A stretch of DNA of 52,692 nt. Source: Ministeria vibrans ATCC 50519. Its lineage: Eukaryota > Protista > Filasterea. Below are positions 12,015 to 23,090 of the stretch, in pieces (position 1 is the stretch's first letter; each line of letters starts with the position of its first letter). The DNA lies in the NCBI GenBank assembly GCA_943704425.1, contig CALSCP010000986.1:9435-62126 (forward strand), read 5' to 3'. The position numbers and the translations under genes are program-made. The notes beneath the pieces were generated by a model. It worked only from the letters and a program-made list of their open reading frames with translations. It did no database searches and was not told where the DNA came from.

Positions 12015-13238
12015 ATGAGCAAAGGGCGACGCCGCAAAGAGAATGTCGCGCGCGCTACTGCAGCGGACCCGCCTGTGATTGAGGCGTTGCCACTTCGAGC
12101 GTACGTCTTACATTGATCAAATGGCACTTTGTTGCTTAGCAACAGTCTATAGCGCACTCTCTCCGCCGAAAGCCGATCTGCGACATCTCACTCTGCCGTG
12201 GCTCGTTGTTGATGCGCCGCTTATGGACGAGCTTGCATGTCTTACCGACACTATAGATGTTTCACGGCGTCTCAGGAGACATTTTTTCCCCTCCAGTTAC
12301 GACGATGGCGCTCTACCTTTGAGCGTCGGAGACAGCGCTCTCTTGGAGTACTATGTGCATCTGTATTGGTTTGCAGCTCGCGAACAGCGATTTCCTGCCA
12401 ATGTAGCGTCAGGCGTGCTCTCGGTGGGTCGCATTCTGATGCGTCTCATTGAACGGCACCTGTGCTCTCCGGCGACCTGTCTCTCCGTGCTTCGCTGGCT
12501 CATTGGCATTGATCCCGAAAGCAACGCATCTATGACACCCGAGCCACTCTTTTCCGCTGTGCAGGCGACACTGATTGCCGAGTTCTTTGACACGACGCTG
12601 TTAGCGCACATTCGACTGTACCAGAATCTGTTTGCAAGTCGCGCGCGCAATGGTAGCCATGAACCCACTGCGCGCGTCTTTTTGCATCTCGACTATCCCA
12701 TACTGCCCGATGCTGAGCCACTTTCACACGCCATTACATTGGTAATGGACTCTACAGGCGGCGAATGATGAAAGGAATTTGAAAGCGTTTGCACATGTAG
12801 GATGAGTATGAGGAGCGTGTGCGGATCGAGGCGGACCGACTAGCGGTGGAACAGAGGCGGGAGGCAGAGGAGGCGCTTAAGCGCGAGTTGGAGCGTGTCA
12901 GTGAGGGCAAGTTGAGCGGGGCACTAATTGACACACTGCGACGGATGAGTACTAGCGCGAGCCAGGATCAAGAGAAGGAGGAGAAAGAGGAGGATAAGCT
13001 TGCTGCACGGATGGTGGAGCTAGCTGTGACCGCAATGAGACACACCGTGAGTGTGGCGGTGGGGAGTGTGCGAGAGGCAAAGCAAGCAAGAGCACACGCA
13101 ATGGAGCGACTTGTAGGTGAGTTGGAAGAGCAAGTCGACCAAGAGCGACAACGGGAGGGGCAACTAGAGTGGGAAAGGTGGAAGAAGGAGGAGGAGGAGA
13201 AGACGAAGAAAAAAAGAAGAAAAAAAGGGAAAGTATGA
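12015..13238 (+). CDS. Flagellar central-pair C1a-32/CLAMP-domain protein (C8orf74/CABCOCO1-like) with coiled-coil tail
   Basis: LLEYYVHLYWFAAREQRFP and PLFSAVQATLIAEFFDTTLLAHIRLYQNLF match the CLAMP-family pattern as I recall it. Charged coiled-coil last exon. Intron boundaries approximate. Confidence 0.6.
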
Positions 13239-13331
13239 AAGTATGAGAGTGAATTGCAACTGAATAAATAAAGTTTAAAATTATTGCATTCTTTGTACAG
13301 TCGTGTAAACCCCTGAGTCGTATGATCCTTG

Positions 13332-14181
13332 ATGGTTTCAAGACGCGTGCTTGTCGTTGTCTTGTTGGCGTGCGTCGCTGCCGCTGCGACTGAGGAAGTC
13401 GCCACAATCTCAAACGCTGACGGAAATTTACTGTTGTCGCCCGTCTCCAATGGCACGGTGCTCATTGAGGGCCATGGGGATCTCCTGGGGCGCCTTGGGC
13501 AGCTCGAGCAGCGGTGTGGGGCGCGGCAGTGGACGGTTGTCGACCGGCTCTTCCCCACCCTCACCAGCGCAGGCTCGTCCAACACCTTCACCCAGTTCGA
13601 CATGGCTGCCGACGTGCCTGCCAACGCCACCGAGATCCGCCTCATGGTTGCCTATCGCGCAGCCGGCTCTTCCGTCGGTACAACATACACCGAACCAAAA
13701 CTTAGCATCTTCCTTATCGCTCGCACGGCCGTCGCACTGCCGTCTGGCGCAACGGCGTCTCTGGAGGGCGACACTGTGACACACTGCGCCTCTTGTTTTG
13801 CCTTTTGTCGTGCTTGCCTTGGCACTGAGTGCAGCACTATGATCACTTTTAATCTTGTTGTTCCTGCCGCAACAAACAAAGAGTTTTTTATTGTGTTATA
13901 ATTATATTATATTATTTTAGTTATTGTGACTTGCTCTTCTGATCTACTTCTTCGTGCTTACCATAGGAACGGGCTACGTGTTTGCTCGAGCCGACCCTGG
14001 CATTGGATTCCAGCGTGTTATGTACTTTCAGGTGGCCTCAGCGACAAGTGATGCATTCACGTCGGATAGTGTGAACGTCGACCTCATCATCGACGCAAGC
14101 GCACGCCAACTGGATGTGTTTCTTCATAGAGAGACTGGCGTTGTTCCAAATGTCTGGGTGTGGATTACAGGCTATCGCTAA
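13332..14181 (+). CDS. Small secreted protein: signal peptide, cubilin-N-terminus-like segment, short coil, beta-rich C-terminal domain
   Basis: Hydrophobic N-terminus VLVVVLLACVAAAA. A phase-1 intron 13678-13966 joins ...AGSSV-G|TGYVF...WVWITGYR*. Confidence 0.7.
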
Positions 14182-14487
14182 TCTCTTTTGATTATAATTT
14201 TTATGTCTTTTGACAGTGAAGTCCATTTAGTCCTCACCAACATAATTATACCATAGTAGACACAAAGTATATAAAATAAGATTGGTTCGCAACCCTTGAC
14301 ACACCCTTAATAGTAAGAAGAATAATAATAATACTATTATAGTACAGGAATAAATGAAGTGTATGATTATAGTATATAAGTCTTTAATCTGAGGAAGAAG
14401 AAGGGAAACACTAATCAAATTAGTAGTCATCTTTCAGAAAGATTCAAAAGGATTAGTCGATCAATTTCAAATTACAATTTTCTGAAT

Positions 14488-15811
14488 ATGAGCCAACAAC
14501 CAGAACGCCTGCGACGGAGCCAACTGTACGGCATGCTTGTCCCTTCGATGCGGCACACGGTGGTTGCTATGCGGAGTCTGTGGGGCGCGCTGTACTACCT
14601 TGAAGATTGTACGCCCCGCTTTGTGCCGCAGCTGCTTGTCCATGCCTTCTTTCTGCTCCCTTCGACCCTCCTCATGGTGTTCTTCTCGGGTGTGCGCGAA
14701 CGTCGGTTGGCGCAGGCCGATGCAGACCCCGACGAGCGGGATGTGCGCAAAATGTTCAATGTCGTTGAGAACAGCGCTCTCCTGACCGCAATTGCCCGCA
14801 TTCTCTCGCCGTCCATGGATACTGAGACGTACATTACCATTGCCGGTGTGCCGTGCCTCGTTTTCTACCGCAAGGGAGCTACGTCGCCTCCACTTCGCGA
14901 CATTCTTGTGGAGGTCTGTCACCACAACAATCCCATTCATTGTCCAAACCGACTCACGCTCTCCTTGTCGCCCTCTTGGCACGCGTAGGTCCATGGCGGT
15001 GGGGCGGTGGCATGCACACCCAAGGGGCATGCGGCATACCTGCGCCAGTGGGCCGTACAGCTGCACCGTCCCATTGTGGCCATTGATTACAGCCTGTCGC
15101 CCGAAGCAGTGTACCCTACAGCCCTCAACCAGGTGGTTGGCGTCATTGAGGCACTGTCGCAAGACGCATCGCCTGTTGCACGCGCCTGTGGCTTGACCGT
15201 TGCTAACGATCAACCCGTGCGTCTTGTGTGCACTGGCGATTCCGCCGGCGGTCAGCTATGCGCAGCGGCACTTGCCCGTCTCAATTCGCATCCAGCTCGC
15301 TCAAGTGTTGTTGGCGTCGCCCTTGTTTACCCGGCCCTCTCGTACGACGACGACCCACCTTTTGAGTCGCGTGTTCTCTACCACAACGATCTCATTCTTG
15401 GTGATGGTACAGCAAAAAAAAAAAAAAATAGAGAAGAGAGTGTGTGCACACCCACACTCACACATGTTGATCATTTTTTTTACAGGTCTGCGACGGTTCT
15501 GCCGACGCGCATACAGTGGCCAGGGTGACCGCAAAAATGACGTGGGTCTCTCGCCCATTGTTGCATCCGACTCCATTCTCGCGTCGTTTCCTCCTACCGC
15601 CATTTTCGTCGCACAAGTCGACCCTCTCTACAGCGAAGGAATTGCTCTCTACGACCGCCTGCGCTCTCTGCCCTCCACCGCTTCCACATGCTCCCTTCGC
15701 ATCTTCAATGGCCTTCCTCATGGATTTCTCAACTTCTCGTCTGCTTCGCCTGAAGGTAAAAAGGCTGTCTCCGAAATTGCCACTGGCATTGCAAAGCTCT
15801 TCGATTGTTAA
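14488..15811 (+). CDS. Hormone-sensitive-lipase family alpha/beta hydrolase (LIPE-like)
   Basis: After splicing: VE|VHGGG oxyanion motif, IDYSLSPE, GDSAGG nucleophile, DPL acid, LPHGF histidine. Two introns. Confidence 0.9.
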
Positions 15812-16099
15812 CTAAGGTTTGTCAACTTGTGTTGTCGCTTTTCGTTTTGTAACTGATTGACGATTGTCCATTGAAGAAGACGAATGTATTTTTTCTATGA
15901 TGTGCTCACTATAATGATAATAGAAGAAGAAGAAGAATGCAACCCATTTATGAATGATACAGTCACTCAAATGAAGATAATAAATAAAAATCACTCTGAT
16001 AGTCTCAGTAGACTCTAACAAAACACACCATACGAAATACACTCAGTGGCTGTCCACTACCCCACTGAGTGTTCACTGTCCACCCCAGAGAACCACAGT

Positions 16100-16137
16100 C
16101 CAATCGGACTGCATGCGGCCAATACATGGCCATTGGC
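16100..16137. promoter_or_regulatory. Cluster of CCAAT boxes upstream of the KMT2 gene
   Basis: CCAATC, GCCAAT and ATTGGC within ~40 bp, 120-160 bp upstream of the ATG at 16256. Confidence 0.35.
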
Positions 16138-16255
16138 AATCGACTCGATAAACATTTGATTACTTTTACGAAAAGCGCGCCATTTTTTGTTATTTTTTTT
16201 TTTTGCTCTGTTCCCGCTGAAGCTTTCTTGCGATACACTGCCAACGACGATCCCA

Positions 16256-19200
16256 ATGCAGTCGTACGACACTGTATCGTACACGCAGGGACTGGCAGCG
16301 CCTGCTTTTTCGCGTGATGCGACTGCATCGACTTCCTCGGTCGCTCTGCCCTTCGCAGCCGCTCCAGCACGCCCGGCCGTCGCAGGCTTCCAAGGCTACG
16401 CCCCCTACAGCGGACTGCCTTTGGGCGGTACTGCGCCCCCGCCAGCGCTCGATGTTTCCTCCACAACAACATCTTTGCTACAACAACCGTCCTCAAGTGC
16501 ATCTGCGCTGAGCCGCTCTTCACAGCCCTCGGCGCCGACCCCCTTGTCAACGGCATGGCACAGCCCACCGCTGGAACCACGGGCACCCCGCGAATCGTCC
16601 ACAGCAGCAGCAACGACGGCCTCAACGGTTGACTTCACTTCTCCAACCTTTGCCTCGACACTCTCGTCGCTACGCCCGCCTTCCAGCTCGCCACACTCTC
16701 CCGCCAGTGTCTACACTCCCTACCGCGACCACGTCGCTCGCACCGCACTTTTTCCCGCACCTAAAGCGTCGTTGTCTTTCCCGCAACACCAACAGCACAC
16801 CGAGACATCAACAACACCCTCCACAACCGGACTCCTCTCCGCCTCCGCCTCCGCCTCTCGTCCTCCCCCTTCCTTTTCTTCTTCTTTCTCTGCTGTGCCT
16901 CCCACCTCCACCGCAATGTTCATGCCTCAACCATGGGTCATGTCCACCGCCGCCACAGGCGGCGAAGCTGGCTCGGGCGCCTTTATGCCCCCGCAGCGCA
17001 CGCCAAACCCAATGCCACAGACCGCGCCTGTCAACAGCCAGCCGCCAGTCAAGGAGAACCGCAAGAGGAAATCCAAGAAACGCCCACGCGTCCATGGCGG
17101 CGTTGGTGACGACAACTGCAACGACGACAACTGCAACGACGACGACTTCAACGACGACTTCTTTGACGATGAGACGTCGTGGCTGCCCAAGCGCACGGCC
17201 AAGTCATCAGTAGCGGCTGCGGCCGCGCTCATCACGTCAATGAAGGACGACACAGCGTTGAGCTCGCAACAGCTCGTGCTGAATCTACTCAAGACGGGCA
17301 TAGTGCGGCGCTCGAGTGTGCTGCGCTTCAAGGAGAGCATGGGCTATGTCACAGGCACAGGCATGATTGTGGCGCGCGAGTCCCGCAATATGTTTGTCAC
17401 GCTCGAGAGTTGGCTCGAGTCCGAGGGTCACGAAGGGCGACTGTGGCCTACGGCCAAGTGTGGTCGACGCACATTCAAGACACTCGAGGCGGAGCTAAAG
17501 CTGCTGCGTCGGCGCGCAATGAAGGCTGTCGACGAGACAAAGTGGAAGGCACTGCGCCAAGAGAAAATTGCACAGCCAGTGCTGCAGACGGCAGGCATGT
17601 GTGTGCGCTTTGGCATTGGTCCTACACTCGGCGTCACCAATGTGTGTTCGTCGCGAGGCTGGGGCACTGTGCGCCCCGACACCTTCGTCGAGGCGTGCTT
17701 CAACTGTGGTAGCAGTGGCAGTGCGCGCGAGCCCTTTGTTCGCTGTCGCCTCTGCTGCGAGCCTTACCACACCTACTGCGTCGATTTGCCGGCCAAAGAC
17801 GCACGCAAACCCGGTGTCCACGACGCTGTCGACGCGCCCGGTTCTCTGCCGGCGCTCATAAGCGACTTCCGATGTCTCAACTGTCTCGTGTGCGAACAGT
17901 GCTCGTTGGCCGAGCCCGAAAGTGAGCTGCTTGTGTGCGACGATTGCGAACGCGGCTATCACTGTCGCTGTCTCGAACGACCTCTTGACTCGGTCCCCGA
18001 CGGCACTTGGCGCTGCGACCTCTGCGTGCAGTGTCAAGTGTGTGGCACCCGTGACCCGGGCCCGCGCCTCAGCGACCGGTGGCAACTTGACTACACGCAC
18101 TGTCAGTCATGTGCAGACTCGCGGCGCAAGGGCAACGTGTGTCCCGGCTGCGACGGCGTCTACTCTGACGACGACTGGGACATTCGTATGCTGCAGTGCG
18201 ATGGCTGCGACCGGTGGGTACACCAGGCGTGTGCGCAACTCAGCGACGAGCAGTACGATGCCATTCAAATCAACGACAACTCGCTCTTCTTTTGCGAATC
18301 GTGTGGCCTTGCACACGATCGTCAGCAGTTCAATGCTCTGCGCGACGCCAACGATCACGTACGCGAGTGCTTCGATGCGGACAACACGGATGACGCTTTC
18401 CTCGGCTGGAGTCAGGAGGCGCTTTTGAGCGACCGCATTGCGCTGCATGCTTCCCTTGCGCGTGTCCTCGAGCGTCTCTGCGAGTCTCCTTCCTCGACGG
18501 TGCTGTTTGGTCGCCAACAACGAGAGACGTACGAGCAGGGAGAACCATTGATGGTAGACAGGCCAGTTTCTGAGTCAGTTGAATCTATGGAGGCAGAGGT
18601 GTCGCAAGGTGACGTGGAGAAGCAAGTAGGACTGGCGGAGAAGGCACAAGGACCGCGTGATGACGGCTCTGTCGCGAACGAGCCAGCTGTTGATGCTGAG
18701 TCGTGCGGAGTGGTTGAGTTGACACACGTTCGAGTGGTTCTTGTCGAGCCGGAACAAGACCTGCCCGATTCACGATGGATTCTCAGTGAGATTGTGCATC
18801 GCGTCACACACGGAGCGTACGGGTCTGTTGCTGACTTTGTCGCCGATGTGCGTGTGTTGTTCAGGACGATTGTTGGCGAGGCATTTGACTCGCCAGTGTG
18901 CCTCGAGGCCTGCAACGATGCCCATCGATGCTTTGCGATTGAGTTGACACGTGAGTTTGGCGAAGACATTGTCCGTGCGTGTGGCTGCGAGGTGTTTGTG
19001 GCTCCGGCTGCCGAGGTTGCAGAGGCAGTGCACACAGACGATGTCGATGGCGACGACGACCGTGCCACCGACGATGACGACAACAACGAGTGTGACGGTC
19101 CGTTGGTTCTCGCTGTGAGTGTTGCCCATCATGTTGCAGCGCTGGTGTCCTCAGGAAAGTCTTCGCGCAACAAACGCCATCGAAGCTCCCTCTCGAGCGG

Positions 19201-22026
19201 GTCGAAAAAACGAGGGTCCAAGGCGAAGAAGGCAGCAGCAGCTGCTGCTGCTGCTGCTGCTGCGGCCACTACGGCTACAACAGCTGCTCCTGACCCTTCA
19301 CCTGCGTCCTCGATGGTTGAAGGCACGACGAATGCCGAGGACGGAACGAGACTTGCAGTAGCGGGAGTGGAGGATGCTGAGCCCATTACTCGGGCTACAC
19401 CTGTGACACCTGTTGTGGTGGTGAGTGTTGAAGAGGAAGAGGAGGAGGAACGTGACCAACTGGCAATGGAGTCGTACCCGACGCCCGGCGACTCGCTAGT
19501 GTCGTCCACCTCACCCGATGCGACCACGACAACCGTAGTGGCAGCAGCAGCAGCAGCAGACGAAGAAGGAGACACGAGCGAGGCGGCTGACGTGGTCGAG
19601 GCTGAAGCGGCAACTGCTGCCACCGGCGACACTCGTATGTGTGCACTCTGTGGCGCAGTTGGTGATAAGGCACTCAAGGGCATGGGTCGTCTGGTTGTGG
19701 CGCAGCATGGTGAGTGGGTTCACATGGCGTGTGTGTGGTGGAGCAGCGAAGTGTGCGAACAGGGTGACGGAGCGCTAGTGAACTCGGCTAAGGCGATTCG
19801 ACGAAGTCGCACTCAGGCATGCACTGAGTGCACTGCGTTTGGAGCGACTATTGGTTGCTGCGAGGGCAAGTGTCTTGCCATGGTGCACCTGCCGTGCGCC
19901 AAGCGCAATGGTTACACCTTCCACGCGGACAAACGGGTCTTTTGTGCGGAACACGCAGCGCTTGGCGAGGGCCTGCCGCGCTTTAGTCTGGACACGCGAC
20001 GACATGTGTTTTACGTGGACTCGTCCTTTGTCAACCGGTCGCGACTGGCGCCTGGTGCGGATGCGCCTGAACTTGAGCGTGTCGAGCTTGTCCACGGCGC
20101 ACTGACTGTGCTCTCGATGGGTGTGGTGACGGCACGCCTGGGCTACCACACGAGCGAGTATCTTTATCCCATTGGCTTTTGTTCGCGTCGTTTCTTCTGG
20201 TCGACGGTGCGTCTCAACATTATTGTGTCCTATGTGTGTCGTGTGTGCGAAGGCGAAGACGGTCCCCGCTTTGAGTTGCAGTGCGAGGCAGATGGGTTAT
20301 TTGAGACGGCGGACACGCCCGGTGAGCTGTGGAAGCTGCTTGACGAACGTGTGCGCACCTTGAACAAGGGAGACGACGAAGAGGACGACATTGATGAGGA
20401 GGAGGAAGGAGATGGAGGAGAGAGAGACAACGACTCGACAACGACAGCAATGACGACAGCCGCAGCAGCAGCAAGAACGGCTTCTGGCGCGGCGGCGGCG
20501 GGGACAGTGGTGAAGCCTAAGAATGCGCACAAGGCGCTTCCTCTTGTGAGCATGGATGGCCACAGTTTGTTTGGCCTGTCGATGTACACGGTGGTGGAAC
20601 TTCTCGAGTCGCAGCCGGACGCGGCCGAGTGTGTTGGCTACGTATTTCGTGTGCGTCAGCGGCCGCCAGGTACGCCGTCACAGCGGGCGATTGAGTTGAG
20701 CAAGCCCATGGAGCTGGAGCACAATGCGAGTGGATGTGCGCGTGGTGAGGTGTACACGCGTCGTCGTCCGCACGACATGTTTGATTTCCTTCATGGCCTC
20801 CAGAGCCAGCGAAGTGTGCGCAATGCGTCTGCGATGCGACGGAATGCGTCTCAGTCAATGGACAGTGGCGCTGGCAGCGTCGGAGGCAGTGCCGACGATG
20901 GCGGTGCAGGCGCAGGTGGAGGTGTCGGAGGAGTTGGCAATGGGGGAGGTGGTGGTGGGAGCAGAGTGAGTGGCGGAGGCAGCAGTGGCATGGGTGGGTC
21001 GCTTGCGGGCGGTGGCGGTGCGCTGCCGTCGTCAATGAGCGAGGGCACGACCGTGGCAATGGGCGACTGTCAGCAGCTGCCCATGTCGATGCAGTACCGC
21101 ATGATGCGTGCTCACAGCAAAGCCGTGGCGGTAATTGTTGCTTACTTTTTCCATCGACTTTTTCTTACATTTTTTTTTGTATCACCATTCCTCCCCCTCT
21201 TCTATTAATTTTCTTTTCTCTCTTGTTTATCATTTCCTCCTCTTTTATCCCTTTTTTCTCCTCTCTTTCTCTATTGCTTTGTTTTTTCTCCTCCTCTCCC
21301 TCTCTCTCTCTCTGTGTGTGTGTATGTGTGTGTGTAGAAACGGTCTGGAATTCATGGAATGGGTTTGTTTTGCATCGAACCATACGAAGCGCACGAAATG
21401 ATCATCGAGTAAGCATATCACTTTTGTTCTCTCTCTCTCTCTCTATTTTTTCATTTAACTCCTCTGCGTTAGGTATGTTGGTACACTGGTTCGTAATCCC
21501 GTTGCGGATGCGCGAGAAAAGGACTATTTTTCACGGGTACAGAGCCATTTTGTTTGCGAGTGCGTTCGTCTCAATTCTTTCTTACTCTTTATTTCAATTT
21601 CTCGCTCGCTCGCTCGCTTGCTCACTTTTTACTTTTGGTGTGCTGTATGTTTATTAGGGCATTGGGACGTATCTGTTTCGGATTGAGGACGAGCTTGTCA
21701 TTGATGCGACTGTGGCGGGCAATGCCGCTCGTTTTATCAACCACTCATGCGATGTAAGTCATCTTGAGTAATGACCGTCGTATTATGTCAAACTCATGTA
21801 TAATTATTATTCCTTTTTGTGTGTGTGTGTTGAAAATGGGATTCAGCCCAATTGCTACTCGAAGATTGTGACAGTGGAAGGGCGCAAGAAGGTGATCATC
21901 TTTGCGCTGCGCAATGTGCATCGTGGAGAAGAGCTGGTGTACGATTACAAGATGGCGGAGGAGCCGGCGGAGGACAAGATTACTTGCTGCTGTGCCGCCC
22001 ACAACTGCCGTGGCACAATGAACTGA
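16256..22026 (+). CDS. Histone H3K4 methyltransferase, Trithorax/KMT2A-B (MLL1/2)-like
   Basis: PHD finger cluster (CFNCGSSG...CRLCCEPYH...CEQC...CDDCERGYH...CPGC...CDGCDRWVH), bromo-like segment, ePHD (WVHMAC...GATIGC), FYRN/FYRC, Win motif SGCARGEVY followed by HDMFDFL and [11 protein letters not shown] assembled over 4 introns ([29 protein letters not shown]|[12 protein letters not shown]), post-[11 protein letters not shown]. Confidence 0.92.
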
Positions 22027-22053
22027 ACTGAGGCTCCGCCGGTCGGCGCGTGA

Positions 22054-22155
<102 letters not shown>

Positions 22156-22197
22156 TGTGAGACGAATGCACAAAAAACGGATTGATTCGATTCGGAC

Positions 22198-22557
22198 CGG
22201 CCAGAGGGCCCGTTCGCTCCTGCTTGCGGATAATAATGATGCCCTCAGGGTCTGTTTCGGTTCCGTCCAACACCTTGTACTCAATGCCAACCATTCCTCT
22301 GGAAAGAGCGAAAAAGACGCAAAATAAGACTCTTTTCTCTCTCTCTCTCTCGCTTTGTGTTTTGTGGCTTAGAGATCACAACTCATCGCATACTCGAGTG
22401 CCTTGTAATCAAGCTGCTGCATGCGAACGATCTCATTGTTGCACTGTGGATCGTAAAAGCCACTTTGTGAAAAATAAGTCAACGCAGTGAGTTTGTTGAG
22501 AGGATAGGACGAGAGAAACTGCTGGTCTCTGAAGTTTGTTTCAAGGGGGTTGCTCAT
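22198..22557 (-). CDS. MED6: Mediator subunit 6, only the first two exons visible
   Basis: MSNPLETNFRDQQFL...YFSQSGFYDPQCNNEIVRMQ...|GMVGIEY...IIIRKQER. Intron 22393-22299. No downstream YQAP-containing exon was found. Confidence 0.85.
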
Positions 22558-23090
22558 GGCGCCGCGCGAGGAAGAGACCGAGAAAGAAGAAATATTATAA
22601 TGAATTTTCGAATTTCGATCTGTTTTCCTCTTTAGATCCACTTAGATCAAGTTCAAGACGCACACTAACACGCACAGTCTCCCACACACACTACTGTAAG
22701 GAAATTGTAAGAGTTGGAGAGTGTTTGGGCGGTCTGGCGAGTGTGGCGTCAGTGTGAGTGTCTTTGTTGGGGTTGGTCGTCTCTCCCGTCCGCTTTCCTG
22801 CTCACTGTAGCTGGCCTAGTTGCTGTTTGCTTTAAAACTACTTGTCCTTCTCATATATCAAATCTTAAGCGTACAAGAAAAAACGCCGGGTGGGATGTGA
22901 ACTCGTCAATTTGAGAACAATTTGATGATAATTATTTTGCGGGTCAGACTCTTTTTTTGCTAAACCACAATTTTTTTTCGTGTTTTTGTGTGTGCCGCAT
23001 CCCTCTTAACCGAGTTAACTCTTTGGCCTTTTATGAACTCCCATCTCTCCCAACTCCCCAATCCAATACTTTCGCCATTTACTCTGTGAC

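Noticed and set aside
16039-16072. 11-bp inverted repeat ACACTCAGTGG...CCACTGAGTGT
   Set aside because: Single short hairpin with no evident target-site duplication or second copy; not enough for a MITE or ncRNA call.
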